From: Escherichia coli
GTDB lineage: Bacteria > Pseudomonadota > Gammaproteobacteria > Enterobacterales > Enterobacteriaceae
DNA: 53,474 nucleotides
Assembly (NCBI GenBank): GCA_017639185.1
Contig: GCA_017639185.1_4892.1
Reading direction: 5' to 3' (one strand)
In this document: positions 9,608 to 19,518 of the stretch, one piece after another
Layout of the letters: each line of letters starts with the position of its first letter
Numbering within the stretch: position 1 is the stretch's first letter
Program-made: the position numbers and the translations under genes
Notes under the pieces: generated by a model
Databases searched by the model: none
What the model saw: the letters and a program-made list of their open reading frames with translations, nothing else
Told to the model about the DNA's origin: nothing

Positions 9608-10164
9608 TACGGTTCCTCTACTGTACCAGTCGCTTTGTTACCGTTATCATCCATACAAGTGATGTCAACCTTGTAGATGTACGGTTGCTCAATTTTAACT
9701 TTATGTACATAGCTAATGTCGACAGTCATCATTGACTTCTGGGCATAGCCTGCACCGATAGCACCACCGACATTATCAATCTTCGATATTTTGGTTATTG
9801 CATAATGTCGTAAACGGTTAAACTGCTTAGCTGGTGAACTACCCAGTGCTATGTGTAGCTTACGCATTAGCTCAGCAGCATTCTTACCGACAGCTGTAAT
9901 ACGTACAGATGTCATCATAGGCTTACTGACGTACTCAAAGCCGTCAGCGCCTTGTCTGGTTCGAGGAGGTCCGAAGTCATATGCGTCGCCAGGGCGCAAG
10001 TAAACATACGGACTACCGTCAACTGTACCAGACTCTTCACCAATAATACATGTCCCGTCAGGTAATGGTAAAAGCTTCTGAACGAGCTCCCTGAGGTCCT
10101 TTATGGAGAATTGCTGTAACGTAGTAGTGGCCATGACGACTCCATGGGTCGATACGGAATACAC
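9607..10164 (-). CDS. neck/tail-terminator-like structural protein
   Basis: ORF in the head-tail joining block. Likely true start at the internal Met (MATTTLQQF, about 10134). Overlaps the upstream gene. Confidence 0.4.
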   Translation of the reverse strand: MYSVSTHGVVMATTTLQQFSIKDLRELVQKLLPLPDGTCIIGEESGTVDGSPYVYLRPGDAYDFGPPRTRQGADGFEYVSKPMMTSVRITAVGKNAAELMRKLHIALGSSPAKQFNRLRHYAITKISKIDNVGGAIGAGYAQKSMMTVDISYVHKVKIEQPYIYKVDITCMDDNGNKATGTVEEP

Positions 10165-10435
10165 GGTATGGTTGGTCTTCGTATATAACGAAGTCTCCGA
10201 GCTTCAGCTCTTGTCCACTGTATATCGCAATACGTGGGAACTCATGCTCGCCATCGTCTTTAGTCAACAGGTTAGGCTGGTTGGTAGCTGCACCAGGTTG
10301 AATGTTACACAGATACTTTGCAGCTGTATATTCGTCTTCGAAGTCGCCATTTGGTAAGCGCGAATCGTTTCGGAGAAGAACATCCGTTAATGCTACAAAG
10401 GTTTTATCCTTCATTAGCGAAGTTATCTTGAGCAT
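10058..10435 (-). CDS. head-tail joining protein (unknown family)
   Basis: 125-aa ORF within the run of four small genes after the capsid gene. Synteny only. Confidence 0.4.
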   Translation of the reverse strand: MLKITSLMKDKTFVALTDVLLRNDSRLPNGDFEDEYTAAKYLCNIQPGAATNQPNLLTKDDGEHEFPRIAIYSGQELKLGDFVIYEDQPYRVFRIDPWSRHGHYYVTAILHKGPQGARSEAFTIT

Positions 10436-10923
10436 TATAGCCTCCAGTTTCTGCCAACCTTGTAACCTATCGAATCATACAACTGCATAGATTCTCTAAG
10501 CGTACCAGGCCCGCGTTTGCGTTCTTCTGTCAGCTCGGTGTTAGGAGGTGGCACGTCACTGTCCATTCTGTCGTGAACAGCGTCAACAAGCATACGGCCT
10601 ATTTTGTCGTTAAGCTCATGTGCAGTCATGCTTCCTCTGAGAACAGCAGGCACATTATCACGGAAAGCTTTGTTTATTGCCTGTCGGCCTTTACCCCTGC
10701 CACCAACAGCACTACGGAGAAAGCTTCGTTCTGGCAGACCGTTAAGACCGTACTCATGCACCATTGCTAGCTCGGCGTTTGTTATACGGTCCCTAGGATT
10801 TATACGTCTGTTGTGCTCTGGATGAACACCTACTGATACGCCTTGACCTTCAAACGACTTAAAGGCACGGTAGGTGAACTCGAACTTTTGTTTGTCACGA
10901 CGTTCAAGGCGTATACGAATCAT
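10435..10923 (-). CDS. HK97 gp10-like tail-component/head-tail joining protein
   Basis: Likely starts at MIRIRLERRD (ATG overlapping the upstream stop at 10923). C-terminal segment NTELTEERKRGPGTLRESMQ resembles the gp10 family by eye. Confidence 0.45.
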   Translation of the reverse strand: MIRIRLERRDKQKFEFTYRAFKSFEGQGVSVGVHPEHNRRINPRDRITNAELAMVHEYGLNGLPERSFLRSAVGGRGKGRQAINKAFRDNVPAVLRGSMTAHELNDKIGRMLVDAVHDRMDSDVPPPNTELTEERKRGPGTLRESMQLYDSIGYKVGRNWRL

Positions 10924-11423
10924 TATACTCTCCGCGCTCTCAGTGATGCACCCACAAGGTGCTTGAGCATGACCTTGACGTCTGAAGTCCAAAGGTCAGT
11001 TGCACCGGTAACACCTGACTTGGAGTCGAAGTATTCAATCTCCAGGTTACCAACTTTCTTACGGCGCAAAGCCTGGTCACCGCGTACACCTTCCTCGCCG
11101 TCGTAGCTCAATACGCTAGCCAGCATATAAAGCTGTGCCAGCTTAACTTCTCGCGGAATTACAGACTCCGCGATGTCAACATTGCATGCACCGAGGCCTG
11201 TACGCGGCCAGGCCATGTTCTGCGTTTTGCTGACCTTACGACCTAGCCAGTTAAACTGGTTATCAAGTCGAATAGCTGCTTTGGCAGCCTGGTAGTACGG
11301 GTCAGTTCCTGGTTGAATGAGAATACCTTCGTTAGTGATAAATTCATCAACTTCTGCAGCGCTAACATACGAGTTAGCACCCGGAACGATTGAACCGTCT
11401 TCCACAACAAGTGTGTATGCCAT
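10923..11423 (-). CDS. head-tail connector (gp6-like) protein
   Basis: 166 aa, first gene after the capsid terminator. N-terminal pattern NSYVSAAEVDEFI...AAKAAIRLDNQ resembles connector/adaptor proteins by eye. Confidence 0.4.
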   Translation of the reverse strand: MAYTLVVEDGSIVPGANSYVSAAEVDEFITNEGILIQPGTDPYYQAAKAAIRLDNQFNWLGRKVSKTQNMAWPRTGLGACNVDIAESVIPREVKLAQLYMLASVLSYDGEEGVRGDQALRRKKVGNLEIEYFDSKSGVTGATDLWTSDVKVMLKHLVGASLRARRV

Positions 11424-11477
11424 ATAAAGCCTCCAGCAAGTTTAGTCCGATTATATACCAGAACTTTATACGTGTAA

Positions 11478-11510
11478 ATAAAAAAGGCGAGCTCGTCAGC
11501 TCGCCTTTTG
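11478..11510. terminator. bidirectional intrinsic terminator downstream of the major capsid gene
   Basis: A-tract, then stem GGCGAGC (11486..11492), loop TCGTCA, stem GCTCGCC (11499..11505), then T-tract. Confidence 0.7.
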
Positions 11511-11527
11511 TTAGTCCCGTTTGTGGG

Positions 11528-12505
11528 TTAGATTGCAGACTTAGCCAGCAACATAACACCAGCGGTGTCTTTGTTGGAAGTCGCAACTTTAGACCAGGAC
11601 GCCTGAGCAGCCAGGTCTTCATCAGTCGGAGACTGACCAGCTTTGTGACCGACCCAGCTGTAGCCTTTCAGCGACACGTTGAAGTCGTATTCACCCTGCA
11701 TCTGACGCAGGATGTTTTCACCACCGGTTTGCTCGGAGGTAACCATGTCGTACAGGCCGCCGACCTGAACGATTGCAGCAGACGGGGTCAGACCCAGAGT
11801 GCGGTACTTAGCGGAAGCACCGGCGCCATCAACCAGAGCCGGGATGTCGGAAACGACATAACGACGACCCAGGAAGTCTTTGTACACGTTCAGGTCACCA
11901 ATCTGGAACAGGTGTTCTGTGTTGTTGATAGCCTGGTCGATGAGGGAGTGGAACGCAGTAGAGTGCATGATGTACGCACGAATCTGCTGAGAACGGTCAC
12001 CCATCTTCGCGTTGACTTTGTTCAGGTTCTGCATGGTGATGTTTGCAGCAGCACCGGAGCCTGAAGTTACGTCCAGAACAACATCAGCGTTTGCGCCGAT
12101 AGCAGCTACCAGACATGCAGCAGTGGTGTTCAGGTAGTCCTGGAACATCGCAGCAGAAGCCTGTGCAGCAACAACAGCTGCTGGTTCAGTATCACCTGCA
12201 CCGATGCGACGCATCATAGTACCGGTAATGTTCAGAGGACCAACACGGCCGTCGATTTTAACAGAGCGGTCCAGAATCTGGCCCAGAGTCTGTGCATCAA
12301 CTTTGTTGGTGCCTGCGTAAGCATTACGGCGAGTAGCGATGCCGTCAACCAGCTGCCACATTGCCTGCTCAACGTAATCACCAATTACGTACTGGTTACC
12401 CAGGATAAGGGTACCTGCAGAAGCTTCGTTGAACTTCTGTACGTCCTGGTCGACCAGTTCGGTGGCGGTAGAACGTACTTGTTCGTTAAAAATATACAGT
12501 GACAT
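11528..12505 (-). CDS. major capsid protein
   Basis: 325-aa ORF directly after the scaffold gene and followed by a strong terminator. Confidence 0.65.
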   Translation of the reverse strand: MSLYIFNEQVRSTATELVDQDVQKFNEASAGTLILGNQYVIGDYVEQAMWQLVDGIATRRNAYAGTNKVDAQTLGQILDRSVKIDGRVGPLNITGTMMRRIGAGDTEPAAVVAAQASAAMFQDYLNTTAACLVAAIGANADVVLDVTSGSGAAANITMQNLNKVNAKMGDRSQQIRAYIMHSTAFHSLIDQAINNTEHLFQIGDLNVYKDFLGRRYVVSDIPALVDGAGASAKYRTLGLTPSAAIVQVGGLYDMVTSEQTGGENILRQMQGEYDFNVSLKGYSWVGHKAGQSPTDEDLAAQASWSKVATSNKDTAGVMLLAKSAI

Positions 12506-12508
12506 AAC

Positions 12509-13222
12509 TTATTTGCCCCATTGTGTGTTTTGGATTTTAGCACGAGCACGTGCTATGCGGTCATCCCCGCCCCCGAAAGTGTGCTGTTCGCCACCGCCGT
12601 TCCCACCAGGATTAGCTCCGCCGCCGTTGGCACCGCCACCGCCAGCCTTGGTTCCACGCACAAGAGGTGCAAACTGCTTATCAGCGCGCATATGTTCCAC
12701 TAGTTCATCTGGCGTTGTAGCAGTCGGGTTACCCATAACATCCACGACAGTAGTACGCCACTTACCATCAATTTCCTGAGCGCGCAGTCGGGCCTTGATG
12801 TGTGGCATAATAAGTGCCGGGGTGTCAGAGAGTTGGTTAGCCAGGTTCAGCGCCAGGTTATCAACCATTTGCGCTTCCAGCTGAGCTTGCAGCTGTGCCT
12901 GACGATTAGTATACTGTTCCAGTTCAGCCTGATGCTTCTCTTTGATAGAGCGCTCAAGAGATTCAACATCACGCTCACGACGTGCGCGTTCTTCTTCAGC
13001 CAGGCGAGCACGTTCAGCTTCTTTTTTCTTTTCTTCGAGAAGCTTTTTGGTGTGCTGTTCCATACGCTGTTTTTCTTTGCGCAGGTCTTCTAATTCTTTC
13101 AGCGTTTTTTCGTCTGGTTCAACGTCCAAACGGAATGCGCCAGATGCTTCGTCTTTGATATACAGGCCACGGAAGCCTTCATCAACTTCGGTAAGGTCAG
13201 TTACAACTGTTTTAAGTGCCAT
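12509..13222 (-). CDS. capsid scaffolding protein
   Basis: 237 aa, highly charged coiled-coil region (EELEDLRKEKQRMEQHTKKLLEEKKKEAERARLAEEERARRERD). Lies between portal and capsid genes. Confidence 0.65.
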   Translation of the reverse strand: MALKTVVTDLTEVDEGFRGLYIKDEASGAFRLDVEPDEKTLKELEDLRKEKQRMEQHTKKLLEEKKKEAERARLAEEERARRERDVESLERSIKEKHQAELEQYTNRQAQLQAQLEAQMVDNLALNLANQLSDTPALIMPHIKARLRAQEIDGKWRTTVVDVMGNPTATTPDELVEHMRADKQFAPLVRGTKAGGGGANGGGANPGGNGGGEQHTFGGGDDRIARARAKIQNTQWGK

Positions 13223-13399
13223 AATTTTACAATCCTATATGAGAGGGGCTCAATCCACTCAAGTGGGCTCTGAACAGGTTTGGGTCAAACCGCGCAGCCA
13301 GCCATCCGAAATCCACTGAGCCCTGCAGACTCTCGTGGCCGGCTGTTGCGCGGTTGACATGAAGGATTATATAGCCAGGTAAACCGAAAGTAAATAGCT

Positions 13400-14962
13400 T
13401 TATTCAGTTTTTTCTGGATTATTTTCCTGCCCATCGCTGTTCTTAGCTGCTTGAGCGTTCTTTTCTGCTTCTTTTGCTACCTCACGTGCATCACGTTCAG
13501 CCAGCTCTTCGTCAATGAGCTTCTTGGCTTCTTCGTCAGTGAGTTTAGCAATGCCAGCCTGTTTGAGATTACTACGCATCTCACTGAACGTGATAGCACC
13601 AGCAATCCATTCGTTAACCAGCTGTTGGCGTTCTTGATACGTCAACTGGCTATAGATGAAGTTGTAGCTCAGGTTAATCGTAATCTCTTCTTTAGGGTGC
13701 CCGTAGAACAGACCACACCATTCGATTGCCTTACGGTAAGCAGCTTCAACGTTCTGCGCAACAGTTACGATAAGCGATGCCTCAGATGCGGCTTCGTTTT
13801 TAATCTCAACTTCGCGTCGTTCTACCTTACCATTCTCACGAATCAGTCGAGCACCGATGGCAATCATCTGCGCTTCTTTCTGCTTCATCGCTTCAAACGG
13901 CTGGGTGTTAGGGCTGGTCTGGATAATACCTACAGCGGCGTTAGCCGGCAGCGGAATACCACCAAACGAACCGAGTCGCAGTTCACCTTTCAGTACATCC
14001 TCAACCCAGGCCTCAGTAAGTCCAGAAGCCCATACTGTGGGTTGACCTGTTACGAAGCATGATTCTTCGTAGTCAGCAGAGTTACGGTAGTGTGCAATAT
14101 TAAGCACAGCTAAGTCGTACATCGGCGGAGGGTCAATCTCAGCGCTGTTTGTTTCAGAACCAATAAACTGGAACGGAATAAACTTCAGCGGTAAGCCATT
14201 GGAGTCGCGTAGGACAACATTCTCTTGCGTGACATACACCGCGCCGCCGGAGACGTTCTGCGCGTTCTTGTCGCCCTTATTGACCCACAAAGACTGGTTG
14301 CAATTGCCTTCTTCATCCAGGTAAAGGTGACGCCACACGGGTGTGTAGTCTTGCTGAAAGCCATCAGTAACCCCCGGTATTTGCTCGCAAATGACAACTT
14401 GAGTGAGCATCACTTTACCGTTGCGATACTCTTCTCGCCAGTTTATAATCTGCCATGGCATGTACAGCGTTACTGTCGGCTGCACTTCTCCGTCCATTAG
14501 TTCTTTACGGGTAAAACCAATGGATTCACCAAACTCACCGATACGTGCTTTTGGAAAGTCAGTCAGCAATCCTGCCCGTCCAAACGCAAGCACTGATTTA
14601 AAGCACTTACGCATTTGCTGAATAGCACCGATACCTGCGCCGTCGATATTTACTTTCAGCACTTCCATATCATCAGGCATCAGCATTTCAGGTTGCTGCT
14701 GGAATACCAGGCCAGTCATACCCGAAAGAGTTCGCTGTAGTACGTTATAGAACACAGCGCGACGCAGGTACGAATTGTACCGCATCAGGTTTTCTTCTGT
14801 GCAGTTCGTAGGGTCAGGACGAGGCAGATAAAAATCACCGCGTGCTTTAACAGCTTCCTGACCCTCGATGCAGTCCTTAATCATTCGGTACTTACCAGCG
14901 TTCTTAGTCAGCTCAGGACGCTGGTATCCGACGTTAGGCGTGCTGCTTGGGGTTATCGACAT
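13400..14962 (-). CDS. portal protein
   Basis: 520-aa ORF immediately downstream of the large terminase gene. Acidic/charged C-terminus. Confidence 0.6.
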   Translation of the reverse strand: MSITPSSTPNVGYQRPELTKNAGKYRMIKDCIEGQEAVKARGDFYLPRPDPTNCTEENLMRYNSYLRRAVFYNVLQRTLSGMTGLVFQQQPEMLMPDDMEVLKVNIDGAGIGAIQQMRKCFKSVLAFGRAGLLTDFPKARIGEFGESIGFTRKELMDGEVQPTVTLYMPWQIINWREEYRNGKVMLTQVVICEQIPGVTDGFQQDYTPVWRHLYLDEEGNCNQSLWVNKGDKNAQNVSGGAVYVTQENVVLRDSNGLPLKFIPFQFIGSETNSAEIDPPPMYDLAVLNIAHYRNSADYEESCFVTGQPTVWASGLTEAWVEDVLKGELRLGSFGGIPLPANAAVGIIQTSPNTQPFEAMKQKEAQMIAIGARLIRENGKVERREVEIKNEAASEASLIVTVAQNVEAAYRKAIEWCGLFYGHPKEEITINLSYNFIYSQLTYQERQQLVNEWIAGAITFSEMRSNLKQAGIAKLTDEEAKKLIDEELAERDAREVAKEAEKNAQAAKNSDGQENNPEKTE

Positions 14963-14963
14963 T

Positions 14964-16412
14964 TTACCGTCCCATATTTATTTTGAGCTTGGTAGTATAA
15001 CGGTTGATGCCACGCAACACCATGTAACGACAATCATCGTATACGTGGTCTTCAGAGTTCGTGTCGACATCTTCCGTGTTGTTCTTGTCACGCGGCAGAA
15101 CCGGCAACGTGTTTATGGCTGCTGGACAGTTTTCCATGAAATAAATGCCCGGCTTTTCCGTTTCGTCCATCTTAACATTTTTCAGAAGCTGACGGAATAG
15201 CTCTAAGCCATTTATTCTCGAACCTTGTGACTTGTCGGCCTTGACCCAGGTTACGCCTTCGTCTTCCATTTTCTTCGCGATAGTCTCAACGTCTTTTTCC
15301 TTGCACGCATAAATCTGACTATCCGCCGGACCAGGATTAACGTTACTTTGAATCCAGCCACCAGCCTGCAGATTTTCCTGTAGGCGAAGAACACCTTGAG
15401 CGACTTCGGCAGCAGATAGCTTAATACCCCTGTTAGCTTCTTTTTCAGAGCACCCATACCATTCAGCTATACGTATAATTGAACCACGCGGAATAAAGTA
15501 CTCATTGCCTTCGTCGTCTGTAAGCGAGGCACCATTTGCGATAGCCCAGATACCAACAGAGAACGGGTGAGTAGAACCCCAGTCAAGAGAACGTTCGATA
15601 GTCCAGCCTTTCGGAATACGCATACGCGGCAGAATACACTTGGTTGACCATACGTCGTCAAGCGCACCACCAGCAACAATATCCCAGTCACCCTCTTTCA
15701 TCGCAGCAACAAGAGCCGGGTCACCAAGACCTTCAAGACGGTCACCGTAGTCAGGGTCGTTTTCCATCAGCGTAGGGTTATCAGTCATCTTAGCCGGAAT
15801 GTACTGACGAGCCATACCGCCTTCGCGTTTTTCCTGCTTAACGATTTTCATCGGAGGAGCAGCAGTTACGAAAGTGCGCTTAACCCAGTTATGACCAACA
15901 CCACCAGGGTTTGACCCACAAAAGATGAGTGGCAGTGGCCGGAAAAAGTTCTCAGGTACTTTGAGAGCACCGAGTCGGACACGGTTACGCAAGAAGCGGT
16001 ACATCGTTTCTGTGAAGTGAGTAAGCTCATCCATCAGCAGAACGTGAATCTCCGCACCCTGGTAGGTATAAATATCTTTTTCGTACTGGAGGTGACAGAG
16101 TTTGATGTTCGCACCGTTCCAGAATTTGATAGTGTTGCTCGAGTAGTTAATCTTGCACTTGCCAGCTTTGCACATACCATCCAGCAAGGCAGGATAACTT
16201 GTGGGACCAACCATGTGGTTAGCCGTAAGGTCGTTATAGTTTCGGCGGAAAAGGTAAATCTGCAAGTCAGGAATCATGCAACACATGATAATTGACATTA
16301 CACGCATAAGGTGAGACTTACCACCACCAGCAGCACCACCGTACAGAATCTCAGTTGCCTGAGACTGCAGAGCGGCACCTTGTCTGTCATGCAGGTGAAA
16401 GTCAAGATTCAT
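14964..16412 (-). CDS. terL: terminase large subunit
   Basis: Walker A YGGAAGGGKSH near the N-terminus, Walker B-like VLLMDE, nuclease-sized C-terminal half. Followed by the portal gene. Confidence 0.85.
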   Translation of the reverse strand: MNLDFHLHDRQGAALQSQATEILYGGAAGGGKSHLMRVMSIIMCCMIPDLQIYLFRRNYNDLTANHMVGPTSYPALLDGMCKAGKCKINYSSNTIKFWNGANIKLCHLQYEKDIYTYQGAEIHVLLMDELTHFTETMYRFLRNRVRLGALKVPENFFRPLPLIFCGSNPGGVGHNWVKRTFVTAAPPMKIVKQEKREGGMARQYIPAKMTDNPTLMENDPDYGDRLEGLGDPALVAAMKEGDWDIVAGGALDDVWSTKCILPRMRIPKGWTIERSLDWGSTHPFSVGIWAIANGASLTDDEGNEYFIPRGSIIRIAEWYGCSEKEANRGIKLSAAEVAQGVLRLQENLQAGGWIQSNVNPGPADSQIYACKEKDVETIAKKMEDEGVTWVKADKSQGSRINGLELFRQLLKNVKMDETEKPGIYFMENCPAAINTLPVLPRDKNNTEDVDTNSEDHVYDDCRYMVLRGINRYTTKLKINMGR

Positions 16413-16415
16413 TTA

Positions 16416-16706
16416 TTACTCTTCCCCAGTAGTATCTACCACTTTCTGGTCGCCTATTGTAATGTTCAGGTTGACACCATTACCAGACAGGTTCTGGTCG
16501 ATGTCTGCTTTGACAACGGATTCTTTCAGCTTAGGATACATGTACGGCATAACGCCCAGTGCACCATCCATCATTGCTTTGTAGTCGTCTTCACGTTCAG
16601 CAAGTATGATAGCCCGTTGCATAACTTCCAACGGGTCCAGCTGGATACGTCGCATCGTGGCCAACAGTTCTTCTGTTGCCTCACGGGTTTTTTTCGGTTT
16701 TGCCAT
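16416..16706 (-). CDS. terminase small subunit (putative)
   Basis: 96-aa ORF immediately upstream of terL, 4-bp gap. Position only. Confidence 0.4.
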   Translation of the reverse strand: MAKPKKTREATEELLATMRRIQLDPLEVMQRAIILAEREDDYKAMMDGALGVMPYMYPKLKESVVKADIDQNLSGNGVNLNITIGDQKVVDTTGEE

Positions 16707-16883
16707 GGGTGTCGTCCTCGTTAATCCGGATAGTCGGGATTATAACGAGTTACGCGAAGTAAGTAAACAGAATATAAAAATGAAGTGTCTAGAGAGATGA
16801 TGAGAAAGTCTACAGTAGAAAGGCGAATAAGTAGCTTATATAGATGAAGAACTAGCTTAGACGCCTTTATATTTATCCGGTTT

Positions 16884-17174
16884 TTAGGCCATTTCTACCA
16901 GAAACGGGAACCATTTACCTTCGAAGTAACCGCGCTCATCTACAAGAAAAGGCATTACATCTTTTCCGTATTTAATAACGTTCTCGTCGGCTATGGTTGT
17001 TATAGCGTTGTACAGGTGAGTGCACATCGGATGTTCGCTATGGCCTCCGTAATATGCAATCTGCCCGTTGTGGGTTACAGCAGGTTTGCCTGCTACGAAT
17101 TCATCCCAGCTAAAAGGCTTAGCTTCCGCCAAGCCGTTTACTTCAGGGTGTTCGACCATATCGAACAAGTCCAT
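16884..17174 (-). CDS. hypothetical protein
   Basis: 96-aa ORF, co-oriented, abuts the upstream gene. Confidence 0.45.
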   Translation of the reverse strand: MDLFDMVEHPEVNGLAEAKPFSWDEFVAGKPAVTHNGQIAYYGGHSEHPMCTHLYNAITTIADENVIKYGKDVMPFLVDERGYFEGKWFPFLVEMA

Positions 17175-17875
17175 CAGATTACTCCATCCATGTGCTTACG
17201 GATAAAGTTAAGACGATCTGCCAGGTCGTCTGCACGACGTTTTTCAGCGTCACGCTGGGCAATAAGCTCTTTACGCTCTTCGCTGAAAGCACGGTTGTTA
17301 GCAACAGCCGTACCGTTAAGACTACGAATCTCAGCCTCATATTCTTCAGCGCGTTTGCCCATCAGTTGCTGCAGGTCGGTAATCTGTCGCTTATAGGCAG
17401 TAATAAGCTCAGACGCATCTTTATTGCAGCTTTCCAGCTTGCAGATATGCTCCTGCAGCATCTGTACATGCGCCCAGCCTTTAGCAATTTCGCGAGCTGA
17501 CATATCAGCTAACATACGGTCTGACATAGGAGCACCAGTATAACCCGAGGCCTTGCACAAGTACCAGTTTAGCGCACTGCTGAACATCTCACCGGTGCGA
17601 TATTCCAGTTCGTCGTTGAACTTTAGCTGTTCACAAGCTTCATCGTCAGAAGTAGTAATGCTGATGCTTTCTTCACACCCCTCGATGTTAATCTCAATGC
17701 TGACACCTTCAGTACCAGTCACTTCGTTATCTTCAAGAGCACGCTTGGCCAGGCGCAGCAGGTCTTCGCCTGACAGGTTCGGGTTAGTTGAACCCACAGT
17801 AACAGTCTTGTTGACGTCTCCTACGGTTGCTGACAGCGTGACTGAGGTATTGTATACTGGGCTCATTTGTTCCAC
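17174..17875 (-). CDS. hypothetical protein (C-terminal coiled coil)
   Basis: 233-aa ORF with charged helical C-terminus (RAEEYEAEIRSL...RDAEKRRADDLADRL). Confidence 0.45.
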   Translation of the reverse strand: MEQMSPVYNTSVTLSATVGDVNKTVTVGSTNPNLSGEDLLRLAKRALEDNEVTGTEGVSIEINIEGCEESISITTSDDEACEQLKFNDELEYRTGEMFSSALNWYLCKASGYTGAPMSDRMLADMSAREIAKGWAHVQMLQEHICKLESCNKDASELITAYKRQITDLQQLMGKRAEEYEAEIRSLNGTAVANNRAFSEERKELIAQRDAEKRRADDLADRLNFIRKHMDGVI

Positions 17876-18369
17876 TCCTTATTAATACGTTCGTTGATGT
17901 ATTCGAGAGCTGCTTCAGGACCGTCTTCTTCAACAGTCCAGTCGTAAATGAAGAACTGCTTACTCATCATAACCAGCTCGTCAATGAGGTTGTCATACTG
18001 ATTGTATAACGCCTCAAGATTTTCCACAACACCAGGCATTTCGTCTTTTGTAGTTGCTAGTACCTTTTCAACAGGCGGCATACAAAATATAACGATGGCG
18101 TTGTCACACATATCTGCTACATGTGATACATTAATATTGATGACAGGCGTACGTTGAAGAACCAGACAATAGATATACTCAGATATAACAGCGCTGCGGT
18201 CATAAATACAATCGCCTTCCAACGCGTTTTCTTTGGTCTGTTTAGCCATGACAGATTTGGGATCTTTGTCAACAGTATTATGAATAACACTGCGGCCAGT
18301 ATGAGATTTAAGGAACTCAATAAGTGTACTTTTACCAGCATTATCGGGACCCTCGATTATGATGTTCAT
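17863..18369 (-). CDS. deoxynucleoside monophosphate (thymidylate-like) kinase
   Basis: N-terminal P-loop IIIEGPDNAGKSTL in the Tmk-type position. 168 aa. Confidence 0.55.
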   Translation of the reverse strand: MNIIIEGPDNAGKSTLIEFLKSHTGRSVIHNTVDKDPKSVMAKQTKENALEGDCIYDRSAVISEYIYCLVLQRTPVININVSHVADMCDNAIVIFCMPPVEKVLATTKDEMPGVVENLEALYNQYDNLIDELVMMSKQFFIYDWTVEEDGPEAALEYINERINKEWNK

Positions 18370-19040
18370 TCGTGTAAACTCCTGTACCGTTGTATCAGAA
18401 CTTGTTTGTTATCAACATATTCATCATTATAAGTGAAGTCGCTATCAATGTACATCATTAATTTGCTACGATCCATTAAAATATCACTTGGACCTGATTG
18501 CTTGATCGTACTGATAAACATGTTGTCGATACGGAGTAAGTCTTTTGCATGCTCTTCAAGGGCCGAAAGTATCAACTCGGCACCACCTACAATCCAGACG
18601 TCAGTACCTCTGGACTCAAGGTCTGCTGCCATCTCACCCAGATTATTGTAGCCTTCTGAAGCCATAATCTGGCGAGATACCGGCAGCAGTATTCTGTGGG
18701 CTGACATAGGCAGACTCATAGTCATATACGTGTTACGACCGGCTAACAGTACACTATGTCCGACCATTTTTACCGTTACATCTGCTATCATGTTTCGCAA
18801 CTGGTCACTTGGGAATTGTCCCCGTAGTTGCTGATACGCATTATAGCCTGGTTCTGTCGCAATTGAATTAGTCATAGTCCTGAAAAAGAGCATGTCTGAC
18901 GGACATTTCCAGGGCAGACCAGACTTAGGAAGCGCCCGAACCTCTTCCATAGTCTTGCACGAGTCAACCTGATGCTTCATAAACTCCGGTGACAACCCGA
19001 ATTCCCCATTTTGGCCCATTGCAAAGAGAATATTAATCAC
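18366..19040 (-). CDS. dihydrofolate reductase-like protein
   Basis: Segment GLPWKCPSDMLFFRTMT resembles the DHFR PW..P.D..F...T motif. VWIVGGAELILSAL resembles the GGG region. Contains an insertion relative to canonical DHFR. Confidence 0.5.
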   Translation of the reverse strand: MINILFAMGQNGEFGLSPEFMKHQVDSCKTMEEVRALPKSGLPWKCPSDMLFFRTMTNSIATEPGYNAYQQLRGQFPSDQLRNMIADVTVKMVGHSVLLAGRNTYMTMSLPMSAHRILLPVSRQIMASEGYNNLGEMAADLESRGTDVWIVGGAELILSALEEHAKDLLRIDNMFISTIKQSGPSDILMDRSKLMMYIDSDFTYNDEYVDNKQVLIQRYRSLHE

Positions 19041-19518
19041 CTAAAAAGCCCCCAGTAGTGTCAGATAAAAGCGAGTTCATTACGTCTTGTGGCAGTATCA
19101 CAGGATGGTTACCTGTTTCGATTTTTGGCTTATGTTTTGGCGCTTTTTTGCGCTCCATGTGCTCATCATGGGCCTTACAAATGGCATTTACGATGAAATC
19201 GTGCTGATATGCGTACCATTCATCGTTTTCTGGGTCGTATTTAAGCCCTACATAGTTCATCAGCGATGACATTACGTGAATGCCTTCGTGGGAAATGGTG
19301 TTGTACTTCAGGTCGTCTGGGTGGTACAGTTCGACGACGATTAACAGGTACGGATAGCTAACGCGAGAGAATGTAAAGGTAGATGCATTACGCGTTTCCC
19401 GGTCATTCCAGTTGCCAAAATCAGGCAAATCCATCAGTTTTTGGAGCTCTTCGTGCTCTTTTTCGCTACAAACGATAGCCAATTGAGGCGGATATGGCTC
19501 TAATTGAACAATTTTCAT
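19033..19518 (-). CDS. HExxH zinc metallopeptidase-like protein
   Basis: Contains SHEGIHV (HExxH). First gene of the leftward arm, next to the control region. Start taken at ATG 19518 (track start 19530 is GTG). Confidence 0.4.
   Translation of the reverse strand: MKIVQLEPYPPQLAIVCSEKEHEELQKLMDLPDFGNWNDRETRNASTFTFSRVSYPYLLIVVELYHPDDLKYNTISHEGIHVMSSLMNYVGLKYDPENDEWYAYQHDFIVNAICKAHDEHMERKKAPKHKPKIETGNHPVILPQDVMNSLLSDTTGGFLGD

Noticed and set aside
12429-14062. Antisense ORFs 12429..12779, 12942..13319 and 13451..14062
   Set aside because: Embedded antisense in the capsid, scaffold and portal genes. Low-complexity translations typical of shadow frames.
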